The notes: generated from the letters alone by a model not told the origin. A stretch of DNA of 57,246 nucleotides from a bacterium (GCA_049472355.1 JBLIRP010000010.1:1-57246); one strand, 5' to 3'. Counted from the stretch's first letter, positions 9,139-19,123 are shown. Made by a program: numbers and translations.

Positions 9139-11838
9139 TTACTCTCCGGCTACTGAGAATTCATATCCGCACAACGTGCGCACGGGGCAATATGCGCAGG
9201 CACCCCTGTCCTTGCGGGTGGGGGCCGGCCTGGGGGAGGGAGCGACGTCACCCTCCTTGAGCCCGGCGATGAGTCCGGCAACCCTCTCCTCCCATCGGGA
9301 GAGCATCAGACTCCAGTCCTCCGCGGTAAGGGAAAAATCCTGGGATCGGATGTCCCCGGCGACATCGATGCCGATATAGCCGCCAAACAGCGGTGTACCC
9401 GAAGAAACAACAATGGGGGTATGCCCCGTGCGCAGGGCCAGGAGGTAGGGCAGGAGCTGGGAAACCCACAGCTCCTCCACGTCCTTTTTTGCCGGGACCT
9501 TGCCGGTCTTATAGTCCCAGCATATATACCCCCCCTCCGGACGGCGGTCCACCCGGTCGATCCTTCCGGATATGCGGATGGAGGCACCCGGGGGCTCGAG
9601 ATTGGAGAAGGAGACCTCCGTGGAATCCCAGCGGAACCCCTGGTCCCATGCATCCCTCTCCTGCGCAAGCCACGCGGGCAGGAGTCCCCCGGTTTCACCG
9701 GCGGAGGGATCATCCTCGAGCCAGCGGCGCAGTTCCACGTGCCAGGAGAATTCATCCGCCAGGGGGGCCAGGAGCGCCGCTGCCTGCTCCTTCAGCACTG
9801 TGGTGACCTGGTCCCATTGTTTACACAGGTCGAGCCCCTGGCGCAGCACCTCCTTCACCAGACGTGACAGGCACCTGTGCACCATTTCACCCCGCGCTCG
9901 TGGGGAGATGCCCGGCCCGGGCTCATCAAGCGGTTCAATGCCGAGACAGGAGAGGGCAAAGAAACGGAAGGGACAGGTAATCCCCTGCTCCAGGGCGGTG
10001 GCTGATACCACCGGGGGAATGGGCACCTCATCCGGGCAACGCTCTTGTGAAGGGCCTGCATGCGCACCTTCCTTATGCTCCGCACCCCTTCGGGTCTGTG
10101 CAAGCCACCTGCACCCGGCCCACAGGGTGCTTCCCGTGTTCCAGAGGTCCACTGCCTCCCTGGTTTGCTCGTGGGGCCAGAATGGCGATTGAACCAGGGG
10201 CTCGGTCTCCCGTTGTTCCGGCCTGGTAAGGGTAACCTCCGTCGCCGATGCACACAGTTGGTCGAACAGGAGCCTGCCGAATTGGTATTGGCCCTCAGGG
10301 GTGCCGCCCTGCACCCGTGCCCTCTCCTCGGATGTCAGGAAGGGGAAGGGGCGGGACGGCTGCGGAAGCAGGCCGGAAACCATGCCCGGGATGAAGAGGC
10401 GGTCAAAGCACAGTCCCCGGGCCTCGATGAGTCCCATGATCTGGAGACCGGCATCCTCATACCCCCTGACACTGAAAAGGGTTTCCGAGCACAGGTGCGA
10501 AAGCCACCCCACGTATTCGCCGAGGCCCATCGGTTCATCACCGGTATCACGTTCAAGCGCTCCCATTCCCTCATCGAGGTGGTCCCACGACACCTGGTCT
10601 TCCTCTCCCGCCCTGACCGGAAATTCAAGGGCGCCCCATACGGCCCGCAGGTGACTGTTCCACTCCCCCAGGGGATATCGCGCACCATGCAATCGCAAAG
10701 GGGCAAGGGAGGCAATGAGGTCCTCCAGCACGCTTGCCTCTCTGGGATGCCCGGTGCGAACCCGGCGTATCAGTCGGTCCAGGTCCCCCTCCACGTTTTC
10801 CCTCCTCCACACCCTGTCCAGCGCTCCCAGGGCATGTCGTTGGGAGGCCCATCGTCCGTAATGGGGGGACAGCAGGAGAGAAACCAGGTACAGGCGCTCC
10901 CTGCCGCCCATGGCAAGCCTGAGGGGAAGGAGCCCCGCCTGGACCAGTGGGGACCTGGTGAGCGGTTTCCCCATGGTTATGTTGAAATAGGCCCCGGCCT
11001 CGCCATGCCTCACCCCCAGTAAGTCCGTGAGGACCCGTTCGAACAGGCCGCCGTATGCCTCCATGTCGGTCACCGCTATCCCGATGCGGTGTGCAGGGAT
11101 ATCCCGGGAGGACTCGACTGCATGCTCCGCAATCCATTCCACCTCCTGGAGGGGATCCGGGAGCGCCACCCCGGTGCAGCGGGCCTCCGGCGAATCCGTG
11201 ATTTCCAGCCATTCCACACGGGTGATGTGGTCAAGACAGTCAAAGAGACGGTGCTCGACGGGCGAAGACTGCCGGAGCCCCGCAAGAAGGATGCGTCCCG
11301 GGATTGCCACGGCACATCGCGCAGTTTCTGAATGAAGGAACCGGGAGAGATGTCCCGGCATCTCAGCGGGATGAATGAGGCCCTCGGCGCTCAGGCGCTC
11401 GGTGAAGCGATTGATCAGCTCCGATGACCACTGGACCAGGGGGGAGGTTCCCCTCCGCTGGTCCGTGTCCAGCAGATGCCGTACCAGGGCTGCGTACGTG
11501 CCATCGAGGCCTTTGGCCAGGGAGAATCCCTCAAAAATGTTCACGGGCGGCGGAAATCGGCGTACCAACTCACGCCACAGCATCATGCATCTCCACGGGG
11601 ATGCGGGGCGGAAATCACTCCAGGACTCCCTCCACAGCTCCCCGATCCACTGATTCAGGCTCATCACCCTGATGGGAAGCCATGAACATGCGCCTGCGGT
11701 GAGTTGCACCTGTCTGAACCGGCGAAGGATCTGGCGCGCCATTCGCCCTCCGGGGGTAAGGACGATATCCTGCGGCCCGGTGTTGCGTATGATCCAGTCC
11801 TGCAACTGCTCTGCGGATGAAAAGGAAATCCGGTGCAT
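9139..11838 (-). CDS. addB: AddB-like inactive-helicase/PD-(D/E)XK nuclease with Fe-S staple cysteines
   Basis: TCPFRFF, RGEMVH, GRIDRVD...WDYKTG, C-terminal CAYCPVRTLC. Directly upstream of the AddA-like gene. Start placed at ATG 11838 (MHRISF). Confidence 0.85.
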   Translation of the reverse strand: MHRISFSSAEQLQDWIIRNTGPQDIVLTPGGRMARQILRRFRQVQLTAGACSWLPIRVMSLNQWIGELWRESWSDFRPASPWRCMMLWRELVRRFPPPVNIFEGFSLAKGLDGTYAALVRHLLDTDQRRGTSPLVQWSSELINRFTERLSAEGLIHPAEMPGHLSRFLHSETARCAVAIPGRILLAGLRQSSPVEHRLFDCLDHITRVEWLEITDSPEARCTGVALPDPLQEVEWIAEHAVESSRDIPAHRIGIAVTDMEAYGGLFERVLTDLLGVRHGEAGAYFNITMGKPLTRSPLVQAGLLPLRLAMGGRERLYLVSLLLSPHYGRWASQRHALGALDRVWRRENVEGDLDRLIRRVRTGHPREASVLEDLIASLAPLRLHGARYPLGEWNSHLRAVWGALEFPVRAGEEDQVSWDHLDEGMGALERDTGDEPMGLGEYVGWLSHLCSETLFSVRGYEDAGLQIMGLIEARGLCFDRLFIPGMVSGLLPQPSRPFPFLTSEERARVQGGTPEGQYQFGRLLFDQLCASATEVTLTRPEQRETEPLVQSPFWPHEQTREAVDLWNTGSTLWAGCRWLAQTRRGAEHKEGAHAGPSQERCPDEVPIPPVVSATALEQGITCPFRFFALSCLGIEPLDEPGPGISPRARGEMVHRCLSRLVKEVLRQGLDLCKQWDQVTTVLKEQAAALLAPLADEFSWHVELRRWLEDDPSAGETGGLLPAWLAQERDAWDQGFRWDSTEVSFSNLEPPGASIRISGRIDRVDRRPEGGYICWDYKTGKVPAKKDVEELWVSQLLPYLLALRTGHTPIVVSSGTPLFGGYIGIDVAGDIRSQDFSLTAEDWSLMLSRWEERVAGLIAGLKEGDVAPSPRPAPTRKDRGACAYCPVRTLCGYEFSVAGE

Positions 11839-11844
11839 GCAGGC

Positions 11845-11874
11845 ATCATAGACCAAAGGAACGGATGGTTTCAA
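11845..11874 (-). promoter_or_regulatory. Putative sigma70 promoter giving a leaderless addB mRNA
   Basis: Minus strand TTGAAA-18nt-TATGAT-6nt-ATG(11838); no SD. Confidence 0.55.
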
Positions 11875-12260
11875 GGGATGAAACGGATTTGCCGGAATGA
11901 TTTGGCCGATAAATAAGAAGAGGGTGTTGTACCGGAGGATATGCCACACGACAAGGGAGAATCCCATGTGCCAATGCTGGCCCTATCAGGCAGTGCGATC
12001 GAACAGGTGGAGAACGAGGATCAAGGACACGCTGTGCCGGATGTTTCCGTTGACCCTGTACGGCGTAAAGAATGTCTTGTTCGGCAGGTGGATGAACCGG
12101 ACGATTTGGACAAAACAGCGTGAGACACTGTGAACCGCCATGCATTACACCGGGAAGAAGAATGCCTTCAACAGGGGGCTGGAGACCTTGAAAACCATCG
12201 TTACTCAAAAAATGGGCAGGAGGGGCAGGGACAAGATACGGATCCTGTTCAAGGTGAATC

Positions 12261-13319
12261 TCATCCGTAGTGTTGACGAATCCAGGAGAGATATTCCCCA
12301 GTTTTAACCCGCCTCACCCACTCCTCATGGTCGAGATACCACGCAATGGTCTTGGTAAGACCCGTCTCGAGTGATTCTTCCGGACGCCACCCCGTTTCGT
12401 CCTTCAATTTTGTGCAATCGATCGCATACCGTCTGTCGTGTCCTGGCCGGTCCTTGACGTACGAAATCAATTCACTCCTCGAACGGCACCCCTTCGGGGC
12501 GGGAAGCGTTGTGTCCAACACATCGCATATCATCGAAACGATCCGAATGTTCTCCATCTCGGTATTGCCGCCGACGTTGTACGTCTGCCCGCGGCGCCCC
12601 TGTTTCATGATCATCCAGATGGCGACACAGTGGTCCCTCACGTAAAGCCAGTCCCGGATATGTCTTCCGTCACCATACACAGGGAGGGGTTTACCCTCCA
12701 CCGCATTGAGGATCATGAGGGGAATGAGCTTTTCAGGAAACTGATAGGGTCCGTAATTGTTGGAGCAATTGGATATGGTGACGGGAAGCCCGTAGGTGGT
12801 GTGATATGCCCTCACCAGGTGGTCGGAGGATGCCTTGGATGCGGAATAGGGACTGTTCGGCCGGTACGGGGTCTGCTCGGTGAAGCACCCGGTCTTGGGC
12901 AGGGACCCGAAGACCTCGTCCGTGCTGATATGGTGAAAGAGGAGCATGCGGTTGCTTGAACGGGCGCACTCCAGCAGGTTGAAGGTGCCGATGATGTTGG
13001 TCCGTATGAAGTCATCCGGCCGCACGATGGACCGGTCCACGTGTGACTCCGCAGCGAAGTGACACACGGAATCGATGGCGTATTCGTCGAATACCCTCTG
13101 CATGAGTTCCTTGTCGCAGATATCCCCCTTGATGAAGGTATACCTGGAAGGAAACCGCTCGTCGATATCGACAAGATTCTCCGGATTTCCCGCGTAGGTC
13201 AGCTTGTCGATATTGACTACATGCCCCTCAAAATCCGATTCCTCCAGCAGGTACCTGATGAAGTTCGATCCGATAAAACCGCACCCGCCGGTGACCAACA
13301 GACTCTTCATGACGTCCAT
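12261..13319 (-). CDS. rfbB: dTDP-glucose 4,6-dehydratase (start 13319 or 13310)
   Basis: VTGGCGFIGSNF, DKLTYAGN, HFAAESHVDRSI, HISTDEVFG, SPYSASKAS, NNYGPYQFPEKLIP, DRPGHDRRYAID. Confidence 0.97.
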   Translation of the reverse strand: MDVMKSLLVTGGCGFIGSNFIRYLLEESDFEGHVVNIDKLTYAGNPENLVDIDERFPSRYTFIKGDICDKELMQRVFDEYAIDSVCHFAAESHVDRSIVRPDDFIRTNIIGTFNLLECARSSNRMLLFHHISTDEVFGSLPKTGCFTEQTPYRPNSPYSASKASSDHLVRAYHTTYGLPVTISNCSNNYGPYQFPEKLIPLMILNAVEGKPLPVYGDGRHIRDWLYVRDHCVAIWMIMKQGRRGQTYNVGGNTEMENIRIVSMICDVLDTTLPAPKGCRSRSELISYVKDRPGHDRRYAIDCTKLKDETGWRPEESLETGLTKTIAWYLDHEEWVRRVKTGEYLSWIRQHYG

Positions 13320-13331
13320 GACCTCATAGAC

Positions 13332-13526
13332 CTAACAGGGTGTTCTATCGTGCCGACTGGAATGAATTGCTTGCTCTAATTTCCTGGGTGCACGTCGAAC
13401 AGCCTTATGTCCCGAGGTTTCCTGAACACGTCGAAAATCCTTGCATATCTCTGATAAATCTCCATGAAATTTTTGTGTATGTTCCTTGCGATGCCTTCGC
13501 ACTTCTTCAACGATTGGATCTTTCAT
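13332..13526 (-). CDS. Small protein, probable antitoxin encoded downstream of the PIN toxin
   Basis: 64 aa MKDPIVEEVRRHR... overlapping the PIN stop by 4 bp (ATGA); typical small partner of this PIN family. Confidence 0.7.
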   Translation of the reverse strand: MKDPIVEEVRRHRKEHTQKFHGDLSEICKDFRRVQETSGHKAVRRAPRKLEQAIHSSRHDRTPC

Positions 13527-14002
13527 TTCTCAGCCTCCAATAATTCGTCGGGTGAGCATATCTCTGGACAAAGATAACCCTCTGCTTCGACAATCCTTCT
13601 TATCTTATTGCGAGTAAAGGGATTATTGAGATGAGCAAAGTTCCATGTAACGATAACTTCCATTCCATTGACTGCTGCAAGAGCAATATGAAGAGCATCT
13701 TCTGGATATTGGTTAGGGATCCCCTTTTCGGCTATAATTTTCTCTGCGAGCAGTCGCGCCGCGTCGTCAATATCGAGCATAGGGAATTCAGTAATTGCAG
13801 CGAGTCTCATTTGTGCTTGTTCTGGATCACCTCTGCCAGCTTCATGAAATACAAGGGCCGATATATATGTCTCATATCTTGTTGATAGTTTTGTCCACAA
13901 CTCGCGAGTTGCCTCTTGATGCCCAGCAATCATGATATCTCGGCTTGGTTTGGCAGTGAAATAACTCACCACAGTTGTTTCAATATAGATATGTTTTTTC
14001 AT
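13523..14002 (-). CDS. PIN-domain (VapC-like) ribonuclease toxin
   Basis: IYIETTVVSY...HEAGRGD...EDALHIA...IVTWNFAH...PEICSPDEL. Visibly AT-richer than flanking genes. Confidence 0.85.
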   Translation of the reverse strand: MKKHIYIETTVVSYFTAKPSRDIMIAGHQEATRELWTKLSTRYETYISALVFHEAGRGDPEQAQMRLAAITEFPMLDIDDAARLLAEKIIAEKGIPNQYPEDALHIALAAVNGMEVIVTWNFAHLNNPFTRNKIRRIVEAEGYLCPEICSPDELLEAEK

Positions 14003-14185
14003 AATTGAAGGATACCATATTTTATGATGGTTTCAAAGATACTCGGCAAATTCAGCAAACTTCATGCAGGAAAAACAAGAAGACGGTCCTGTTACAGGAA
14101 GACGACAAGGGTAAGGATGCCCAGCATATGGAAAACATAGCCCTTTCGCGGATGCTCCCCTTCGGGCTCTATCATCATAGAGGAC

Positions 14186-15529
14186 TTAAAAGGAGATGTG
14201 TACCATCACCTTGTGATTGGCAAAGCTCGAGAAGAGGTTATAGAGCAGGGGTCTTTTCTCGATGAAGTTCGCCAGCGAGGAGGCCGAATCCTTGTCCTGC
14301 GCCGTATCGATGAAACAGATGTTCTTTTCTTCCGCCTGGATCGGCGTGAGGTTGGCAACCTGAGCAGGGGTGCCGATCGCCTCCACATCGGATTCATCGG
14401 TAAATACAAAGCGGTAATGGATGTCGCTCATCCCGTCGGAATTCAGGGTGACATTCGCATAGTAGAGCTTCCCGTTCGTATAATCGGTATCGTTCAGGTC
14501 CGCAGCCCTCATGTCCACCTGCTCCCCTGCATCATAGAAATCCCCGTCAGCGTTAAGATCGATCCATACCTGGGTCTTTACCGGCGCGGTGCCCAGCATA
14601 TGCGTGTACTGGACCTTGAAGGTCAGGGTGTTCTCGCCCACGAAGATCTCCTGCGGATATACCGCGTTCATCTTGTAGTACTGCTCCCCGGTCCAGGTGA
14701 GACTCGGCCTGATATTAGGGGCATCCCCGTTGTACTCGATGTCCAGCCTGGGCCGCTTGTTGGGGTCCGTGGCATTCGATGAGTAGATCTCGACGTATTC
14801 ATCCCCGCTCGGTGATATCTCGCTTGCTGTTCGCGAACTGACGAGGGCGATCCTGGTGACCCCCCCCTTTTCAATGAGGTAATTTGCGTTAAGTGCTGAT
14901 ATGGATATGTCGTTTGTCTGTTCAACGGAAAAATTCGTGGTATTCAATGAGGCACGTGAGCTGCTCGTTATGGCGCCCCAATCGGGGTTCCACAAGGGCT
15001 CGGTCCATATGGAATTGTGAACCTGGATAAAGAAATCGTTTCCCCCGGCAATTCTTTTATCTTTTCCATAGATGGTCAGGGTGGCGGAGGTGATAATGGC
15101 ATCGTAGGGGATGCCGGATGTATCGAACGAAAGGAATCCCTTGAAGATCTCATAGCTTGATGTGTAGGTCTGACCGATCCTGATGCTCTCCCCAAGCGCG
15201 GTGGTGGTGAAGGTGTTTCCCTTTGATCCTCCACCCGCGTCAGGTTCTCCGTCGATGGCGCCGAGCGCCCCGCGTTTTCCGGGGGATTTGCTGGAATTGA
15301 TTACCCACTCATAGCCCCGGGTACCGCCGCCGAGGGCGCCCCGGTTGATCGATTTTTCCCCCAGCTCATACTCGCCGAATGCTCCATCCTTCGATTTCAG
15401 CTCCCCGTCAAGGGAGCCGCTCTTGACGACGTATGAATGCTGCGCCAGAAGCGGCGCGGATGCGGCAAAAAGAATGGCGGCCGCTGCAATGACGATCGTT
15501 ATTGTTTTGATTGCTACTGCCTTTTTCAT
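14186..15529 (-). CDS. Exported/surface protein with a DNRLRE(CBM96)-like beta-sandwich and a shortened CFI-box-like C-terminus
   Basis: Signal peptide MKKAVAIK...LLA|Q. KGFLSFDTSGIPYDAIITSATLTIY...YSSNATDPNKRPRLDIEY. C-terminal NICFIDTA. Confidence 0.7.
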   Translation of the reverse strand: MKKAVAIKTITIVIAAAAILFAASAPLLAQHSYVVKSGSLDGELKSKDGAFGEYELGEKSINRGALGGGTRGYEWVINSSKSPGKRGALGAIDGEPDAGGGSKGNTFTTTALGESIRIGQTYTSSYEIFKGFLSFDTSGIPYDAIITSATLTIYGKDKRIAGGNDFFIQVHNSIWTEPLWNPDWGAITSSSRASLNTTNFSVEQTNDISISALNANYLIEKGGVTRIALVSSRTASEISPSGDEYVEIYSSNATDPNKRPRLDIEYNGDAPNIRPSLTWTGEQYYKMNAVYPQEIFVGENTLTFKVQYTHMLGTAPVKTQVWIDLNADGDFYDAGEQVDMRAADLNDTDYTNGKLYYANVTLNSDGMSDIHYRFVFTDESDVEAIGTPAQVANLTPIQAEEKNICFIDTAQDKDSASSLANFIEKRPLLYNLFSSFANHKVMVHISF

Positions 15530-15840
15530 ATTCGTTTGTCCCCCTAAAAGCCAGGTTAACTGAACCATGCCGTAGCATAGTTTCAACAATCACACAGCGC
15601 AACCACGTTCCTGAAAACCGTCCTTGATCGCTCAGCGCAACCGCATCAAGAGACTCCCTGCATTCTCCTTCAGTCTGACAAAGAGCCCAATAGACAACTC
15701 GGGCATTTACTGTAATTATCGACCTTCAGGCGAAAAACCTTCGCCCGCCGGTGCATATCCCCGGGCCTGCGATCTCAAAAATATCATGTCTTCCTCTGGT
15801 TTCCCCCCCAGATGCAGGTCCCACGTCGCACAGTATATCA

Positions 15841-15857
15841 AGCAAAATCCGGGCCAA
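15841..15857 (-). promoter_or_regulatory. sigma54 (-24/-12) promoter for the 14186-15529 gene
   Basis: Minus strand TTGGCCCGGATTTTGCT = GG-N10-GC with TTGCW. Confidence 0.7.
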
Positions 15858-15993
15858 TACCTTGAGAGATGTGCATACAAGTAAATCTCTTGAAGGGCAA
15901 GCATCTCAGACAAAAGAGACATTTTTTCATGCATTGATGACAAAGGAAGCCGGCGTAAGAAGGCCGATAGGCTTGTTAACAAAAAGTAAATTA

Positions 15994-16009
15994 TGGTTAT
16001 ATTATTGCT
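15994..16009 (+). promoter_or_regulatory. sigma54 (-24/-12) promoter for the beta-barrel gene
   Basis: TGGTTATATTATTGCT = GG-N10-GC with TTGCW, divergent from the site at 15841. Confidence 0.55.
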
Positions 16010-16139
16010 TTATTATGAAGATATTTCCGGTTATTACAGTGACATTGATGGCGCTGCTTGATAAATGGACAGAGTTGTGGTATTAGGTGGTTTCTTCACG
16101 CGAATAACAAACGTGCCCGTAAAGGCGAGAAAGGCGGCA

Positions 16140-17054
16140 ATGCGAGGGCGACCGGAATCATTCCATATCATGGCCGTGGTGATGCTTACCGTCGCCGTGG
16201 TATTTTTTGGTACACCCCTGCGCAATATCTGCGCTGAAGAGATGTTCTTTTTGGGGGCAGGATTCGGGGATGTCGGGGTCCGGAATCGGAATGAAGGGTT
16301 CATGTCCGATTCCCACAACACGGCATACTCCGTTGGCCTGGGCATCGATCTGGACAAGGAGGGATCTCCGTTCCGGCTCTCGTTTCGCATCACCTACCTG
16401 ATCACGGACAAGGATGATGAATCGTGGGATTCGGCATCGGGAGGAATACACCAGGAGAATCAGTCGGAGGTCCACGGGCACACCATGGAGGTCCATGGAT
16501 ACCGAATGTCGCGCACCTGTTCGCTCGGGGAGGAGAATGCGGTGAACATCACCCCCTACCTGGGGGGAGGGCTGGTGTACCGGCGGCTGAAGCTGGAGCG
16601 GGAATCCTTCCGGGGGACCAAATTTCCGATCCCCTTTCTCGTTGATACGGCATACTCATTGGATGACCAGTGCATAATCGCAGTCGGGGGAATGCCCGAG
16701 GCGGGGGTGTCGGTGGAATTTCCGCGATACGGCGTTGAATGCGAGGTGCACCTTGGATGGGCCTTTCTGGCGGCGAAATCCGACATCAACTATCAGGTCG
16801 CCGTTGGAGGGACCGAGGAGCACAGATATACCTTCAGGACTGACACCTCGGGCTCCTGGTATATGGCGAATGTGCGGATCACCAAGAACGTGGATTCGCT
16901 GTCGTTGATGCTCGGCATAGACTGGGAGAGGATGACCATCGATGACGAGTCGATCCTCCTGTTTGACACCAGCAGCGGAGACGCATATGTTCCCCTTCCC
17001 GAGCTCGAGGTGACCCAGACGACGGCCTGGATCGGCGTCAACTACCCCTTCTGA
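16140..17054 (+). CDS. Putative outer-membrane beta-barrel protein (start uncertain: 16065/16140/16170)
   Basis: Signal-like N-terminus ending NICA|EE, alternating amphipathic strands (ITPYLGGGLVY, LSLMLGIDWE), terminal aromatic strand AWIGVNYPF. Confidence 0.7.
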   Translation: MRGRPESFHIMAVVMLTVAVVFFGTPLRNICAEEMFFLGAGFGDVGVRNRNEGFMSDSHNTAYSVGLGIDLDKEGSPFRLSFRITYLITDKDDESWDSASGGIHQENQSEVHGHTMEVHGYRMSRTCSLGEENAVNITPYLGGGLVYRRLKLERESFRGTKFPIPFLVDTAYSLDDQCIIAVGGMPEAGVSVEFPRYGVECEVHLGWAFLAAKSDINYQVAVGGTEEHRYTFRTDTSGSWYMANVRITKNVDSLSLMLGIDWERMTIDDESILLFDTSSGDAYVPLPELEVTQTTAWIGVNYPF

Positions 17055-17056
17055 CG

Positions 17057-18370
17057 CTACTCGCCGTTGTAAATCTGCCGCTTGTCGATCACCCGTTTCG
17101 CCTTTCCGATGGTGCGCTCGATGCTCTTGGGTTCGACTAGTTTGATCCTCGCGCTCACCCCCAGGCCGGAGGATATCTCCCGGTGTATTCGTTCGATGAA
17201 TTCCTGCTGGCGCTTCATTTCGTCGAAGAAGATGCTCTCGGAGACCTCCACCAGGATCTCCAGTTCATCCATGGCCTTTTTCCGGTCCACGATGATCTGG
17301 TAGTGGGGCTCTGTCCCCTCGATACCCATGAGGATCTCCTCCACCTGCGAGGGGAATATATTGACCCCGCGGACGATCAGCATGTCGTCGGTCCTTCCGG
17401 ATACCCGCCTCATGCGGATCTGGGTCCTGCCGCAGGCACAGGGCTCCTTGATGAATTGCGTGATGTCCCCGGTCCGGTAGCGGATCAGCGGGAAGGCCTC
17501 CTTGGTGAGGGTGGTGAGCACCAGTTCCCCCTTGGCCCCGGGAGGGAGCGCGTCCCCGGTGGCAGGGTCGATGATCTCCGGGATGAAGTGGTCCTCGAAG
17601 ATGTGCAATCCCTCCTTTATTCCACATTCCCCCGATACCCCCGGCCCGATCACCTCGCTCAGGCCGTAATTGTCCGTGGCGCTGATAAAGAGCTTCTCCT
17701 CGATCTGCTTGCGCATCGCCTCTGACCAGGGCTCCGATCCGAACAGGCCCAGTTTCAGGGACAGGGGCTTGGGGTCGATCCCCATCTCCTCCATTACCTC
17801 TGCGATATACAGGGCATAGGAGGGGGTGCACACCAGGGCCGTGGTCTTGAAGTCTTTCATGATCTGGATCTGCCGCTTGGTGTTGCCGCTGGAGGCGGGG
17901 ATGACCGATGCCCCGATGCGCTCGGCCCCGTAATGCAGCCCGAACCCGCCGGTGAACAGTCCGTAGCCGAAGGCGACCTGGATCACGTCATCCTGGGTGA
18001 CCCCGCCTGCGGTAAGGAACCGCGCCACCAGGTCGCTCCACAGGTGGATGTCGTTTCGGGTGTATCCCACCACCGTGGCCTTGCCGGTGGTGCCCGATGA
18101 GGAATGGATCCTGACCACCTCCCTCAGGGGCACGGCGAACATGGCGTAGGGATAGCTCTCCCTGAGATCGTTCTTGGTGGTAAAGGGAAGGCGGCCCAGA
18201 TCCTCCAGGGATTGGATGCTCTCCGGGTCGATCTCCATCTCGTCGAATTTCTTGCGATAGAAGGCAACGTTTTTGTAGCACCGGTTCACCAGGGATTGGA
18301 GTCGCTCCAGTTGCAGTTGGGCAATGTCCCCCCTGGGCATGCATTCGTTAGCAGGATCCCAGATATTCAT
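17057..18370 (-). CDS. paaK: Phenylacetate--CoA ligase family protein (copy 2)
   Basis: [70 protein letters not shown]. Confidence 0.93.
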   Translation of the reverse strand: MNIWDPANECMPRGDIAQLQLERLQSLVNRCYKNVAFYRKKFDEMEIDPESIQSLEDLGRLPFTTKNDLRESYPYAMFAVPLREVVRIHSSSGTTGKATVVGYTRNDIHLWSDLVARFLTAGGVTQDDVIQVAFGYGLFTGGFGLHYGAERIGASVIPASSGNTKRQIQIMKDFKTTALVCTPSYALYIAEVMEEMGIDPKPLSLKLGLFGSEPWSEAMRKQIEEKLFISATDNYGLSEVIGPGVSGECGIKEGLHIFEDHFIPEIIDPATGDALPPGAKGELVLTTLTKEAFPLIRYRTGDITQFIKEPCACGRTQIRMRRVSGRTDDMLIVRGVNIFPSQVEEILMGIEGTEPHYQIIVDRKKAMDELEILVEVSESIFFDEMKRQQEFIERIHREISSGLGVSARIKLVEPKSIERTIGKAKRVIDKRQIYNGE

Positions 18371-18386
18371 CTCCTTGTTTCCTCCG

Positions 18387-19121
18387 TCACTCCCAGACCT
18401 CTTTGTATCCCTTGCCCAGATAGGCCCTCTGTACCTCTTGGTTTTCCTTCAGCAATTCCGTTGTCTCCTGAAACACGATCTTGCCCGTTTCCATGACGTA
18501 CCCCCGGTCCGCAATATTGAGCGCGGCCTTGGCATTCTGTTCGACCAGGAGGATGGTGGTGCCCTCCTTGCGCAGCGCACGTATCCGGTCGAAGATCTCC
18601 TTGATCACCATGGGGGCGAGCCCCATCGACGGCTCGTCGAGCAGGAGTATGGTGGGCCGCGACATAAGCGCGCGGCCGATTGCCAGCATCTGCTGCTCGC
18701 CTCCGCTCAGGGTGCCGGCCTTCTGCCGGGCCCTTTCCTTTAGAATCGGAAAAAGCGCGAATATTCCCTCCATATCGTCGTGTATCCGGGACTTGGTCTT
18801 CCTCCCGTAGCGGTGGTAGGATCCCAGAAGGAGGTTATCCATGACCGTCATGGTGGCAAAGACCTGCCGCCCCTCAGGCACCTGTGATATCCCCATGCCC
18901 ACGATCTTCTCGGGAGGCAGATGGGTGATCTCCCTGTCCTCAAAGAAGATCTGTCCCTTTCGGGGATGGAGCAGTCCCGAGATGGTGTTGAGGGTGGTGG
19001 TCTTGCCTGCGCCGTTCGCACCGATCAGGGTCACGATCTCCCCCTTTTGAATGTGCATGGAGATCCCCTTCAATGCCTGTATGGCGCCGTAGTAAGTGCT
19101 GACGCTGACCAGTTTGAGCAC
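18387..19121 (-). CDS. livF: HAAT-family (branched-chain amino acid type) ABC ATPase LivF
   Basis: [50 protein letters not shown]. Confidence 0.93.
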   Translation of the reverse strand: MLKLVSVSTYYGAIQALKGISMHIQKGEIVTLIGANGAGKTTTLNTISGLLHPRKGQIFFEDREITHLPPEKIVGMGISQVPEGRQVFATMTVMDNLLLGSYHRYGRKTKSRIHDDMEGIFALFPILKERARQKAGTLSGGEQQMLAIGRALMSRPTILLLDEPSMGLAPMVIKEIFDRIRALRKEGTTILLVEQNAKAALNIADRGYVMETGKIVFQETTELLKENQEVQRAYLGKGYKEVWE

Positions 19122-19123
19122 CC

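Noticed and set aside
5700..11838. Anti-phage helicase-nuclease or Cas4 system
   Set aside because: Motifs, sizes, order and host-like composition match housekeeping AddAB-type repair
12131..12133. Selenocysteine/readthrough TGA in the 11966 frame
   Set aside because: No redox motif context or evident SECIS; all confident genes use standard stops
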